This document shows positions 1 through 13,985 of a stretch of 64,000 nucleotides of DNA, one piece after another. This DNA comes from an uncultured Planctomycetaceae bacterium. GTDB lineage: Bacteria > Planctomycetota > Planctomycetia > Planctomycetales > Planctomycetaceae. Under the pieces are notes generated by a model, which saw only the letters and a program-made list of their open reading frames with translations, searched no databases and had not been told where the DNA came from. The position numbers were made by a program, and so were the translations under genes. Where the stretch lies: positions 35,526 to 99,525 of the forward strand of contig CAWFAK010000018.1 of NCBI GenBank assembly GCA_963813715.1, read 5' to 3'. The stretch's first letter is position 1; every line of letters begins with the position of its first letter.

Positions 1-634
1 TTGCTCCGCTTCGGGGGACGCGTCGGCCGCGATCCCCGGCGCCCGCAGGCGCGGTTGAGACGATGACCGTGGCTGGCCGGACAACCCGGTCCTTGAGCGT
101 GAAGCCGCGTTCGACTTCCTGCACAACCGTCATCGGCGGGTGTTCGTCGCTCGGCACTTGCTGAATCGCCTGGTGCAGATTGGGGTCAAAGGGTTTGCCG
201 GCCGAATCGATCGGCACGATGTCGTGGCGTCCCAGGGCCGCCTCGATCTGCTTGGCGACGAGCTTGACGCCGTTGACCAGATCCTTGACGTTGCCGGAGC
301 TTTCGGCCGCGGCGAGCGCCCGGTGCAGATTGTCGAGCGCGGGCAACAGGTCGCGGGCGACGGGCAGCGCCTGGTACTGCCGCATTTCTTCGGCTTCTTT
401 TTGCGCCCGCTTGCGGTAGTTCTGCAGCTCGGCCTGACTCCGCAGGTACAGGTCGTAGTTGACGTCGCGCTCGGCGCGGGCCGCCTCGAGCTGATCCATG
501 AGCGAGATCGAGCCGGCCGCATCGCCGTCTGCCGATTCGGCGCCCGCGGCCTGCGACTGCGCCGCGTTCAGCGCCTTGTCGTCCGGTCGACCGGCGTCGT
601 CTGGTGTTTTGCGTGAGTTAGATTTATCCGCCAT
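1..634 (-). CDS. grpE: Nucleotide exchange factor GrpE (3' end at or beyond window edge; apparent frameshift near 130)
   Basis: Minus-strand translation from ATG 634 gives ...YDLYLRSQAELQNYRKRA...GKPFDPNLHQAIQQV... and ...EVERGFTLKDRVVRPATVIVS; lies directly downstream of dnaJ. Confidence 0.9.
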   Translation of the reverse strand, partial: MADKSNSRKTPDDAGRPDDKALNAAQSQAAGAESADGDAAGSISLMDQLEAARAERDVNYDLYLRSQAELQNYRKRAQKEAEEMRQYQALPVARDLLPALDNLHRALAAAESSGNVKDLVNGVKLVAKQIEAALGRHDIVPIDSAGKPFDPNLHQAIQQVPSDEHPPMTVVQEVERGFTLKDRVVRPATVIVSTAPAGAGDRGRRVPRSGA

Positions 635-649
635 GGGTTTGATCCGCGC

Positions 650-1793
650 TCAGTTTGGCCGCCCGCCGGCGGGATCCTCGTCGGCCGGGGCGAAGTAGTC
701 CTTGAGCTTGTCGAAAAACGACTTGCGGTGGGGAGTGACCTCGACTTTTTCCAGCTCGGCCAGCTCCCGCAGGACTCGTTCCTGTCCTTCGCTCAGATTT
801 TTGGGAACCTCGACTTGGACTTCCACGTACAAGTCTCCGCGGCGTCCGCCGTGCGGATCGGGCATGCCCAGCCCGTTCAGCTTGAGCAGTTCGCCCGGCT
901 GCGTGCCTTGCGGAATCGTCAACCGCCGGCGGCCGTCCAGCAGGGGAATCTCGATCTCGGTGCCGAGCGTCGCCTGCGTGAAGGAGACCGGCACCTTGCA
1001 CGACAAGGTTCCGCTCGTGCCGCTCGAAGAACGGGTGTGGCCTGACCTGAATGTCGACGTACAAGTCGCCCGAGGGCCCGCCGCCCGGACCGCCTTCGCC
1101 CTCACCGCGCAGGCAGAGCTGCATGCCGTTATCGACGCCGCTGGGGACTTTCACTTCCAGCCGCACGGACCGCTGCTGCAGCCCCGAACCCGAACAGTCG
1201 GCACAGCGATCGCGAATTACACGGCCGGAGCCGTGGCAGCCCGGACACGTGGTCTGCACGCGGAAGAATCCCTGCGAATGCATGACGCGCCCGCGGCCGC
1301 CGCAATAGTCGCAAGTGAGCGGCTTGCTGCCCGGCTTGGCCCCCGTGCCTTGGCACGTGCCGCAGCTGACGTGGCGCCGCAGTTCGAGCGTGCGCGTGCA
1401 GCCCTGGGCCGCTTCCAAGAGATCGATGGTGATGGAGCTGCGGAGATGTCCGCCCCGCTGGACGCGGGTGCCGCGACGTCCCTCGCCGAAGAGCCCGTCG
1501 CCAAACAGGTCGCCGAATGTCTCGAAGATGTCCGAAATGTCGGAAAACTGCGGTCCGCCGTTGCCCGACACGCCCGCGTGGCCGAAGCGATCGTAGCGGG
1601 CCCGCTTATTGTCGTCGCCGAGCACGTCGAAGGCTTCGGCGGCCTCCTTGAAGCGGACGACGGCCCCATCGTCCCCGGGATTGCGGTCGGGATGATTGGC
1701 GATCGCGGCCTTTTTGTAGGCCTTCTTAATTTGGTCGGGACTGGCGTCCTTGGCGACGCCCAACACTTCGTAGTAGTCCCTTTTCGAAGCCAT
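650..1793 (-). CDS. dnaJ: Chaperone DnaJ (frameshift near 1000)
   Basis: J-domain KRDYYEVLGV...HPDRN, four CxxCxGxG repeats; C-terminal domain continues in ORF 650..1105. Confidence 0.97.
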
Positions 1794-1878
1794 CGAAACC
1801 ATATTTGAGTGGAATCACGGTGGATTCCGCAAGATCGGTTAGCGGCGCGACACGCCACCGTCGAGCGGTGGGACGTGA

Positions 1879-1907
1879 CACGGGCCACCGTTAACGGGTG
1901 GCCCGTG
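1879..1907. terminator. GC-rich hairpin between groEL and dnaJ (stabiliser, terminator or REP-like)
   Basis: CACGGGCCACC-GTTAACG-GGTGGCCCGTG inverted repeat. Confidence 0.4.
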
Positions 1908-1983
1908 GTTTCAATCGAATTCTACGCCACCGTGTCCACCCCCGCGGGCGAACTAGCGGATACTTCCCTCCCTCGAGGGAGGG

Positions 1984-3602
1984 CTAACGAATACTGCCCT
2001 CGACCTTCGGCTTGTCGCCGCCGCCCGTTTCGTCGGTCCGGGTGACGAGGACCTGCGTGGTCAGCATTAATCCGGCGATCGAAGCGGCATTGAGCAGGGC
2101 GTTCTTGACGACCTTGGTCGGGTCGACAATCCCCTTCTTGAACATGTCGACGTATTCGCCCGTGTTGGCGTCGTAGCCGATGTTGCCCGACTTCTGGCGG
2201 ACTTCGTCGGCGACGACCGAGCCATCCGCACCGCCGTTGGAAGCGATCTGGCGAATGGGGGCTTCGAGTCGCCCGGGCGATGATCTCGATGCCGATCTTC
2301 TCGTCGCCCTTCGCCTTCACCTCGCGCACGGCCTCGATGGCCCGCAACAGGGCCACGCCGCCGCCGGGGAGAATGCCCTCTTCGACGGCCGCCCGCGTGG
2401 CGTGCAGCGCGTCTTCCATGCGGGCCTTGGTCTGCTTCATTTCGGCTTCGGTGGCCGCACCAACCGAGATCACGGCGACGCCGCCGGTCAGCTTGGCGAG
2501 CCGTTCCTGGAACTTCTCGCGGTCGTACTCGCTGTCGGTCTGCTCGATCTGCGTGCGGATCTGCTGGATGCGGGCCTGGATGGCCTTCTTATCCCCAGCA
2601 CCCTCGATCAGCGTGCAGACGGTCCTTGGTCACTTCGATCTTCTTCGCCTGGCCCAGGTGCTTGACCTCGACGTTCTCGAGCTTGATCCCCAGGTCTTCC
2701 GACAGGAGCATGCCGCCGGTCAGCACGGCAATATCGCCCAGCATGGCCTTGCGGCGATCGCCGAAGCCCGGCGCCTTGACGGCGCAGATGTTGAGCACGC
2801 CCCGCAGCCGGTTGACGACCAGCGCCGTGAGCGCCTCGCCCTCGACGTCTTCGGCAATAACCAACAGGGGCCGGCCGGAGTGGGCGACTTTTTCGAGCAC
2901 GGGGACAAAGTCCCGCAGGTTCGAGATTTTCTTCTCGTAGATCAGGATCAGGCTGTTTTCCAACAGGCAGGTCATGTTCGTCGGGTTATTGACGAAGTAG
3001 GGCGAAATGTAGCCCTTGTCGAACTGCATGCCTTCGGCGAATTCGAGCGTCGTCTCGTTGCCTTTGCCTTCCTCGACGGTAATCACGCCGTCGCGGCCCA
3101 CTCGCTCCATCGCCTCGGCGATGAGGTTGCCGATAGTTTGGTCGTTGTTGGCCGAGATCGCGCCGACCTGGGCGATCTCCGTCTTCGACCCGACCGGCTT
3201 CGACGCCTTGGTGATGTGCTCGATGGCCGCCTCGACGGCCTTGTCGATGCCGCGGCGAACGACCATCGGATTGGAGCCGAGCGAAATGCTCCGCAGCCCC
3301 TCGTCGTAGATGGCGCGGGCGAGGACCGTGGCGGTCGTCGTGCCGTCGCCGGCGACGTCGCTGGTCTTCGAGGCGACTTCGTTGACGAGCTTGGCCCCCA
3401 TGTGCTCGTAGGGGTCTTCCAGCTCGACCTCTTTGCTGACGGTCACGCCGTCCTTGGTCACGAGCGGGTTGCCAAAGCTCTTATCGATGATCACATTTCG
3501 GCCGGTGGGCCCCATGGTGACGGCCACCGCGTCGGCCAGGATCTTAACGCCGCGCTGCAGCTTGATTCGGGCCCGGTCGTCGAACAACAGTTGCTTCGCC
3601 AC
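1984..3602 (-). CDS. groEL: Chaperonin GroEL paralogue 2 (frameshifts near 2620 and 2270)
   Basis: [44 protein letters not shown] motifs across ORFs 2589..3602 and 1922..2473. Confidence 0.95.
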
Positions 3603-3691
3603 TTCTGGAGACTCCTTGATTCGCGTTCTGCCTGATATCCGCTAATCGCCGGACTGGAGTCGCAGCTGATCGCGACGCCGGCGTGATCGAT

Positions 3692-3982
3692 CTACTTCAC
3701 GACCTTGGCCAGGATGTCGCTCTCGCGGAGGATCTTCGAATCCTTCCCTTCGACCTCGATATCGGTCCCGCCGTACTTGCCGAAGAGCACTTCGTCGCCG
3801 ACTTCGACCGCAACCGACGCCCGCTTGCCGCCATCGAGGATGCGGCCGGGGCCGACGGCGATCACTTTGCCGCGCTGCGATCTCTCTTGAGCTGCGTCGG
3901 GCAGCACAATGCCGCCGGCCGTCTTCTCTTCCGCACTCGTGGGCTCGACAACAACGCGATCATCCAAAGGTTTGAGGGCCAT
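3692..3982 (-). CDS. groES: Co-chaperonin GroES
   Basis: [10 protein letters not shown]...TAGGIVLPD...KYGGT...ILRESDILA. Confidence 0.98.
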   Translation of the reverse strand: MALKPLDDRVVVEPTSAEEKTAGGIVLPDAAQERSQRGKVIAVGPGRILDGGKRASVAVEVGDEVLFGKYGGTDIEVEGKDSKILRESDILAKVVK

Positions 3983-4136
3983 ATCTTCCTCTGACTCCGC
4001 TTCGATTAAATGAGATTCTTGTTTGTTGAATTTGGCCGCGGATCAACTTGTCAGGTGCGGCACGTTTCCTTATTTTTCTGTGCGTCAAACCGTCCCCGCG
4101 TGCACGGCAGACTTCTTCCTCGCAGGCGCGGACGCC

Positions 4137-5849
<1,713 letters not shown>

Positions 5850-6058
5850 TCAGCGTTGATGACAGCATTTGTTCCGGCACAGCGTTGATCTGGCAGCTTG
5901 AGTGTGGGCAGCGTTAAATCTGACCGTGCGATACGATCGGAGACCGTCATCGGTCCGCCCCACGCCTCCTGCCTGCTCACGCCATCGCTTGCTTCGGCCT
6001 GGTCCTTAGTGCGCGACTGCCAAGTCAGTCGAAAGTATGTCCGCGGCGCTTTCCAAAA

Positions 6059-6073
6059 GCAATCAACGTGCCG
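6059..6073 (-). promoter_or_regulatory. Putative sigma-54 (-24/-12) promoter upstream of the groEL operon
   Basis: Minus strand reads CGGCAC-GTTGA-TTGC, matching consensus TGGCAC-N5-TTGC with correct GG/GC spacing, about 220 bp upstream of groEL. Confidence 0.5.
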
Positions 6074-6152
6074 GGAACTGCCTTTGTGTCGCAACTCATT
6101 AGTGGAATTAACCTTGCGATAGACGACAGCCGTTGGGCAAAATGTCGGGCTG

Positions 6153-8611
6153 TCAAGTTGGCAGGCGATTGGTGACGAGCGGTCCGCTGCCGGGCACGAG
6201 AATCGGCTCCAGTCGCGGCTCTCGCGGCCGCTTCCAGAGGACGGCCACACAGGCGGGCAGTAAGAAGAGACGCCAATCAGGGCCCCCGTCAGCGTCACGA
6301 TCGACAGCTCGGCGAACCGCCGCGTTGGCAGGAAGTCCGAAAACAAAAGCACAGCCAGGCCGACCACGGTGAGGAACGTCGACAGGCACATCGGCTGGCC
6401 TTTGCCGATCAGCGTCTTCCAGGTGGCGCGGTCTATGTCGGGGTCGCGGGCGAACTCCTCGCGGAAGCGAAGGATGTAGTGAATCGTGTTGTCGACCGCG
6501 ATCCCCAGACTGATCGTAAAGACAATCACGTTGCCGGCATTCAAATCGAAATGCCGCAGCCCCATGTAGCCGAAGGTGACGCCCAGCGGAATCACGTTGG
6601 GCGGAATTGTGATCAGGCCGATCCGTAGCGAGCGGAACAGGACGGCGATCAGGCCGAAGATCACGAGGGCCGCGGTCAGGATCGAAACCAACAACTCGTG
6701 AATCATCTGCGTGAGGCCCAGCGCGCTCACGTAGGCGTCGCCCGTCGGCCGGTAGGTGATGCCTGAGCCTTCGGGAAACAGTTCCGCCATTTTGGCTTCG
6801 AGCGTGGCGACGAGGGCCAGCGTGTCCCGCGTGCCGACGTCACGGATCTTGAGCAGTAACCGGGCGTGAGTGTCGTCGGGCGACATGAATTCGTGGTACC
6901 GCATCTCCCCGGCGACTTTGCCGAGAAAGTTACGACCCCGCTCGATGCGGCGAACGCCCTCTTCGTCGGTCCGCGGCAACTCGTCCGAGAGTTTTTCGTC
7001 CGTTACGAAGCGGCTGTTGATCTCGTTGAAGTAGTCGATGTAAGACCGGGCGAAGAGCACGGCCTTTTGCTGGCGGGCGAATTGCTGCAGCTCGGCCACC
7101 TTGCGGAAGACGTCGGGACGATAAAACAGCCCCGGCTCGTTCGCATGGAGGCTGATCTCCAGCGGCAACAATCCCGAGAGATGCTCCTCGAGCGCGTGCA
7201 ACGTCTGGATAGTCGGGTGATTCTCGTCGTAGGTCTCCAGCGTTGTCGAATTGACCCTGACGTTCCGCGCGAACCCCAGCGACACGCCTCCCAAGACCAG
7301 AAAGACGCCGATCGTCGCCCAGCGCCACTTGACGAGCGCCCGGCCGATGTGCGCCAGCCCCACCGACAGCCATTGCCAGACGCGAACTTCCTGGAACGCG
7401 GGCGGGCGGAAGTAGGGCAGCAGAGAGCCGAGCGTGAGGATCACGGCGAAATACAGGAACAACAGGCCCATCGCCGCCTGCGTGCCGAACTCCTGCAGCA
7501 CGGGGGAGCTGGCGGTGATCAGCACGTAAAAGCCGACGGCCGCCGTCGTGAAAGCGCCCAGGCAAGCGACGAGCATCTGGCGAATCGTGGCGCGGCCCGC
7601 GTCGCGGCGGGAGACGCCGGGGCGGGCTTCCTCCGAGTAGCGTGTGAGCACGTGAATCGAGTTCGAGACGCCGTTGATCAACAACATGCACGGCAGGATG
7701 TTGCTCACGATGTTGAGCGGCTGCGCCCAGAACGCGATCACGCCGAACGTCCAAATCAGCCCCTGCCCGACGGCAAACAGCGGCAGCAGGCTGCCGGAGA
7801 TGCTGCGGAAGGCCAGCGCGAGCGTAATTAAATAGAGCACGCCCGCCAGCGGCATCAGCCGTACCTGGTCCTTTTGCAAGTCGTTCACGATGCCGACGCG
7901 GAGCACGGGCAGGCCGCTGACCAGCACCTTGTAGCCCGTCGGCGGCGCGTGCTTGGCCAGCGTGTCGTCGACTTGCCGCACCATCGTCCGCATGGCGTCG
8001 AAGTTGGATTCGGTCGCGTCGAAGACGACCAACAGCGCGGCCATCTTGTAGTCGCGGCTGACCAGGGAGCCAAACGGCAGTTCCGTGTCGGCCAGCCGTT
8101 CGCGGAGCACTTCGGCCGTTTCCTCGCTGACGGGCGTTTCGTCGATGATCGGCTCGTAGGACAGCTTAGGATCAAGCCCCAGGCTGACTCGCGGCGTCTG
8201 CATCGAAATCAGGCTCTCGACCCGCTTCACGTTGGGCAGATGCAAGAGGTCGCGGACCATCTCGGCTTGCCACGTGAGCGCGGCCGCACTCACCACGTTG
8301 TCTTTCCCCTGCGCCTCCAGGCCGAGGATGATCACCGTGTCGTCGTAGTTGAACTCGCGGCGGAACTGGGCCGCGTATTCAATCTCGGGGTTCTTGCTGC
8401 TGAAGACTGCTTCGGGATTGAAGTCGAACCGCAGGTTGCGCGCCGAATAGCCGGCGACCGCCGTGAGCGCGAGCAGAATGGCCAGCACGAACAGCGGGTG
8501 ACCGACGATCAGGTCGGCCAGCCGAACGGGGAACGACTCCAGACGTCTCGACAGTTTCACACGTGTCTCCGAACGCGATGGGGTCCCGCGCTCACGCTTC
8601 GGTTTGGGCAA
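6153..8611 (-). CDS. MMPL/RND family transporter (3' frameshift near 6270)
   Basis: Two repeats of soluble domain plus TM bundle; GIAVDNTIH motif. Confidence 0.88.
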
Positions 8612-10185
8612 TTACCGCGCCGTGGCCGGCTCGAGCAACGAGCGACCCGTCATTTCGGCCGGCTGCGGGATGCCCAACAGGTGCAGCATGGTCGGGGCGA
8701 CGTCCGCCAAAATGCCCGGATGCAGCTTCCACTGGTTCTGGTCGGCGCCGACGTAAAAGATTTCGACCGGGAACGTGGTGTGCGCGGTGTGCGGCTGGCC
8801 GTTGGCCTCGCGCATTTTTTCGGCGTTGCCGTGATCGGCCGTGATCAGGGCGACGCCGCCGATCGCGCGGAGCACGTCGACCACCTCGCCCACGCACGCA
8901 TCGGTCGTCTCCACCGCCTTGATGGCGGCCGGAATGCTCCCCGTGTGTCCGACCATGTCCGGATTGGCATAATTGCAGATCACGACGTCATATTGCCGCG
9001 TTTCGAGGCGGCGGATCAGCTCGGCGGTCAACTCGGCCGCGCTCATCTCGGGCTTGAGATCGTAGGTCGCCACTTTGGGCGACGGGATGAGCGCGCGATC
9101 CTCGCCCGAGTTCGGTTCTTCCACGCCGCCGTTAAAGAAGAAGGTGACGTGTGCGTATTTTTCGGTCTCGGCAATTCGCAGTTGCTTGAGACCGATCGCG
9201 GCGACCACCTGGCCCAGGAGGTTCTGCATCGATTCGGGCGGAAAAACCGTCGGCAGGTGAAACGTGTCCTTATATTCGGTCATGCAGACGAACTCGACCT
9301 TGGGCCGCCGCGCCGGGCGAAGCCGGTGAAGTCGTCCTGCATGAAGGCCTGCGTCAACTCGCGGGCCCGGTCGGCGCGAAAGTTGTAGAACAAGATCCCG
9401 TCACCGTCACGAACGAGCGGTTGGTTCGCGTCGCCGCCCGGCGAGCGAATTACCGTGGGCAGGATGAATTCGTCGGTCTTGCCGTTGGTGTACGACTCTT
9501 CGATCGCCTGCACGGCGTCGGGTCGTGCGACGCCCTCGCCCGCGACCATCGCGTTGTAAGCGGCTGCGATGCGGTCCCAGCGGTTATCGCGGTCCATCGC
9601 ATAGTAGCGGCCCATGACGGTGGCGATCGTCCCCACGCCGAGCTGCGTCATTCGCTGTTCGAGCTGTTGCAGATATCGCACACCCGCCGTTGGCGACGTG
9701 TCGCGGCCGTCGATAAAGCAGTGGACGTAAACCTCCGCGATGCCGTTGCGCTTGGCCAGTTCGAGACAGGCGTACAAGTGATCGATATGGCTGTGCACGC
9801 CCCCGTCGGAGCACAACCCCATCACATGCAGCCGTCCGCCGCGCGACTTCAAATTGCCGACGAGCGTTTTGAGCACGGGGGCTTCGAAGAATTGGCCCTC
9901 GCGGATCGACTTAGAGATGCGGGTGAGGCTCTGGTAGACGATGCGGCCCGCCCCGAGGTTCAAATGCCCGACCTCGGAATTCCCCATTTGACCGGCCGGC
10001 AGTCCGACTGCTTCGCCACCGGGGTCGAGCGTGGTGTGCGGGCACGCGGCACGCAGGCCGTCGTTCACCGGCGTACGGGCCATCAGCGTGGCGTCGGCCT
10101 CTTTCTCGATCCCCGCGCGGCCGGCCGGGTTGAGCCCCCAACCGTCCCGAATGATGAGCACCACCGGCCGATGCGCCAATTTCAC
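8612..10185 (-). CDS. gpmI: 2,3-bisphosphoglycerate-independent phosphoglycerate mutase (frameshift near 9300)
   Basis: [58 protein letters not shown]. Confidence 0.96.
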
Positions 10186-10560
10186 CGCACACACTCCCCA
10201 AACCCAGACAGATGAAACTCAGACCGGGCCGTGCCCCGTTCGGATTGTAGAATTCCAGACCAGCGCGGCCAACGCACCGCGGCCGGCCAAAAGATTACAG
10301 TTTTCGAGTGGTTGCCGCGGCAACGCGCAGTTTCGGCCGGTTTCCTGTTGACGAATCGGCGGGGTCGCGGTATCACACGCCCCTCTCTCCTCTCTCTCGT
10401 CCTTCTCCAACTCGAATTCCTCAAGTTTTCGCAGACGAATCGCCCGAACCCGGCGCGATCCGAACAAGTCACCGCCGCGCGAACGCTTCGCGCCTCGGCA
10501 TGTTGTTCGCTCGCTTCGTGACTTCGTGGCGATCCTCGCTGCGTCCCACTTCACTTCTCC

Positions 10561-13251
10561 ATGGCCGACCCAGCAGCAAAACCTGGCGAGCGCAAACCGG
10601 CGGGCGACAAAGTCCCCGCGGCGCCTCATTCGCCGAGCCTGCTCACCAAGGCGCGGGCCCTCTTCACGGCCTTCAAGTGGCCGGTGATCGGCGCCAGCGG
10701 GGCGATCGTGGTGTTGGGGGCCGGAGCGTCCTGGTATTTCTTGCACGACACGCGGCCCGAACCGCCCGTCCTCTTGGCGCGGGCCCTCGAATGCCTCAAA
10801 GACCGCGATAACGCCGAAGCCACCGTCGAGGCCCGCCGCATCACTTCCGAGCTGGACGCGCTCCACTATCGCGATCCCGATTTCATGGGCGCGATTCCAT
10901 ACATCCTGGGAGTCATCGACTTCCGCAAGGCCCAGCAACAGATCGATCGCGAACGGGTCGAATCGATGCGCTCCGCCGCCGCCCACCTGGAGCGGGCCGC
11001 CGACGGGCTCGACGCCGCCCATCGTCTCGACGGCCTGTTCACGCTCGGCATGGCCCTTTCCGCGGTCGGCGACGTGGCCGGTGCGCAAGAGCCGCTGCGA
11101 AAAGCCGTGCAAGACTTCCAAACGGAGAAAACTCCGACCCCGCCGCCGGAATTCTTCCAGGCGGCCGCGGCCCTGCAGGACGGGTATCTCGACGTTCACA
11201 CGCCGGCCGCGCTGATGGCGGCCGTCAAATTGAACGAAGCCGTCCTTGCCAAAACGAACCTCGAACCGGGCGAACGTGACATCACGCTGCTCCGTCGGGC
11301 GCAGGCCTTTGTGGCGCTGCACGACGGCGAGCAGGCCCGCGCAGCGATGATCCAGGTCTCGAACGAGGCGTCGGCCCGTCACGGGGCCGTGCTGATCCGC
11401 GCCCAGGTCTACATGGCCGAACGCCGCTTCAAGGAGGCGCGCGTCGATCTGGAAGCCCTGTCCAACGAATCGGGTCTCGACAGCTTATATCCCCGGCAGG
11501 CCCTCTACCTGCTCGGCGTTTCCTTCGAGGCCGATCACGATTACGAAAACGCCCTGCGCCGCTACGGAGACCTCGTTCGCCGCTACCCGGACCGGCAGGA
11601 AGGCCTGGCTGGCAATGTCCGCCGCGCGGAGTTGTTGCGCAAGGCCCAGCGCTGGGAGGAAGCGCTCGACGCTTACGTGAAATCGCTGGAACGCGTGCCG
11701 CCCAAAGGTTTCACCAACCGCTGGCTGCAGCTGGACGATCTGCGACGGTTCGTGCTGGCCGCGTTCGATGACTTCATGCGGACGCGGGCGTACGAATTCG
11801 CAATCGAGCTGGCGCGCCACATGCGACCGCTGTTCCCGCCCAAAGACGCCTTCGAAGCGCTCGAACGCGTTGCCACGGCCAACGAATTGTGGGCCGCGCA
11901 GCTCGATTCTGAAATCGCCAAGAGCCCGTTCGTCGTCCGCGAGGCGCGGATGCCCGAGCTGCTCGAACGCTGGAAGACTAGCGGCAAGGCCTACGCCGAT
12001 CTTGCCGAGGCGCTCCACGAATCGCCGAAATATGCCGACGTGCTCTGGATCAGCTCCGAGCACTATCGCAAAGGGCACGACTTTCAGAACGCTCTCGTGC
12101 AGGTCACTCGCTATATCAACACCCAGCCCAAGCAGCGGCTGCCGATGGCTTACGTCCGCCGCGGCGAAGTCCTGATGGACCTGGGCCGCTTCGATGAGGC
12201 GCTCGATCACTTCGAGCGCATGCTCGCCGAGTTTCCCACTGACATCGCCGCGTTCGCCGCCATGTACCTGGTCGGCGTCTGCGAAGTGGAACGCAACAAG
12301 CCCGACAAGGCGGTCGCCGCCTGGCAGCGCGTCCTGCACGAGCCGCATCTCGATCCGTCGGCCAACGAGTGGCAGGTGTCGCTCTTCGCCCTGGGCCGCA
12401 TCCAGTTCGAGATCGCCATGACCATGAAACCCGAGCCGGCGCCGGAAGGTGCTACGGCCACCGGACCGACGCAAGAACTGCGGCCGCGCTCCCCCGCCGC
12501 CTACGAACGGCTCGACGACGCGATCAATCGTCTCGAAGAGTTCGTCGCCCGTTACCCGAATCGCCTCGAATGCCCCGAAGCCCGGTATCTGCTGGCCAAC
12601 GCCCTCCGCGAACGGGCCGTGCTGCCTCGCGTCAAACTCAAAAAGGCCGAGACCGACAACGCCCGCAAAGAACTGCAGACGGAAATTCAACGGCAGCTCA
12701 ACGAGGCGCAGAACCAGCTCGAACTGTTGATCGAGAGCCTGCAAGCCAAGGAATCGGCCGGACTGCTCGACCTGCTGGGCCAGCGAATGCTTCGCGACGC
12801 CTACTTCGAGCGGGCCCACAACCTGTACGCGATGGACAAGTTCGAGCGGGCCATCGAGGCCTACACGAGCGCGGCCAACCGCTATGCCGAAGACCCCAAC
12901 GTCGTGCTGGCCTACATCCAAATGGCCAACTGCTACGACCGGCTGGGCAAACCGCTCGACGCCCGCGGCGTCGCCATCCAGGCGATGCTCATCCACAAGA
13001 ACCTGTCGGAAAAAATCTTCACGCAGGACAAGACCCTGATGAATCGCGACGAATGGCGGAGCTGGCTCGAATGGGCCGGCGCCCTGCGGGACTCCCCGCG
13101 GCACCGGGCGTCCCCGTCTCCCGCCACGAGCGCCGCAGTCAGCCCGTCGTCGATTCGTCTAGGCCAGGCCCGCATCCAGCCCGGTAGTAGCCTCGCATCC
13201 GTGTCCGATCCAAACCTGTCTTCCCCGAGGCCGGTTTCCACGAGATTCTAA
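10561..13251 (+). CDS. Membrane-anchored tetratricopeptide repeat protein heading the flagellar cluster
   Basis: N-terminal TM helix and many TPR-like helical repeats; exact 3' end uncertain. Confidence 0.8.
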   Translation: MADPAAKPGERKPAGDKVPAAPHSPSLLTKARALFTAFKWPVIGASGAIVVLGAGASWYFLHDTRPEPPVLLARALECLKDRDNAEATVEARRITSELDALHYRDPDFMGAIPYILGVIDFRKAQQQIDRERVESMRSAAAHLERAADGLDAAHRLDGLFTLGMALSAVGDVAGAQEPLRKAVQDFQTEKTPTPPPEFFQAAAALQDGYLDVHTPAALMAAVKLNEAVLAKTNLEPGERDITLLRRAQAFVALHDGEQARAAMIQVSNEASARHGAVLIRAQVYMAERRFKEARVDLEALSNESGLDSLYPRQALYLLGVSFEADHDYENALRRYGDLVRRYPDRQEGLAGNVRRAELLRKAQRWEEALDAYVKSLERVPPKGFTNRWLQLDDLRRFVLAAFDDFMRTRAYEFAIELARHMRPLFPPKDAFEALERVATANELWAAQLDSEIAKSPFVVREARMPELLERWKTSGKAYADLAEALHESPKYADVLWISSEHYRKGHDFQNALVQVTRYINTQPKQRLPMAYVRRGEVLMDLGRFDEALDHFERMLAEFPTDIAAFAAMYLVGVCEVERNKPDKAVAAWQRVLHEPHLDPSANEWQVSLFALGRIQFEIAMTMKPEPAPEGATATGPTQELRPRSPAAYERLDDAINRLEEFVARYPNRLECPEARYLLANALRERAVLPRVKLKKAETDNARKELQTEIQRQLNEAQNQLELLIESLQAKESAGLLDLLGQRMLRDAYFERAHNLYAMDKFERAIEAYTSAANRYAEDPNVVLAYIQMANCYDRLGKPLDARGVAIQAMLIHKNLSEKIFTQDKTLMNRDEWRSWLEWAGALRDSPRHRASPSPATSAAVSPSSIRLGQARIQPGSSLASVSDPNLSSPRPVSTRF

Positions 13252-13704
13252 ATGCCTCTCTCCACCCTCGAAGAAATCCGCGACGTCCTCCAGCATCGCC
13301 GCAAACACTGCCGCGACCTGCTGGAGCTTTCGCGGCGACAAATCCAGTTCATCGAATCGAACGACTTCACGCAGCTGATGGCCACGTTGGCCCAGAAGCA
13401 GCGGATTTTGGGTCGGCTCGATGAAGTGAAACGGCGCTATCCGGAATTGAGCCGGCAGTGGGTCGCCTTGCGCGACTCGGGCATGCCGGCCGTCCGGAAC
13501 GACTGCGAGTCGCTGATCGCCGACACCGAGTCGATTCTGGCCGAGCTCTTGGAGTCGGAGAAAGAAGGAACCACGCAACTGACCGAGCGCCGCGACGCCA
13601 CGCGCCGCCAGCTCGAAGCCGTTTCTCAGGGAGTCCACGTCAACCAGAGTTATGCTGATACCACGCCCGTCCTCAATCATCGCTTCTTGAATACGAACCG
13701 CTAG
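13252..13704 (+). CDS. flgN: Flagellar export chaperone FlgN-like protein
   Basis: 150 aa helical protein (LLELSRRQ...LAQKQRIL); flagellar context. Confidence 0.6.
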   Translation: MPLSTLEEIRDVLQHRRKHCRDLLELSRRQIQFIESNDFTQLMATLAQKQRILGRLDEVKRRYPELSRQWVALRDSGMPAVRNDCESLIADTESILAELLESEKEGTTQLTERRDATRRQLEAVSQGVHVNQSYADTTPVLNHRFLNTNR

Positions 13705-13985
13705 ACGCCTCTCACGACATATCTGCTCTCACGCTTTCTGCTCTCAGTCCGTTGCTCTCACGCAATTCTCCGCTGCGGACGATTTCGTCCGACGCCACTC
13801 AAAAGCTCAGTCAATTCGGAAAAACAAGTAGAACCGGTGGCACCCGTGGCTCGCCACGGGTACCCGCACCCACCGCTCGCCTGGAATCTGCGCTTCCACG
13901 TCTCACTGCACACGGCCTTTGCTCTCGCCCTTCTGTTGTCTCGTCACCTCTTGTTCCTCCCCCACCATTCGACGGATCGATTGCC

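Noticed and set aside
5890..6025. CIRCE (HrcA) operator upstream of groEL
   Set aside because: Only weak half-site matches; no TTAGCACTC-N9-GAGTGCTAA dyad
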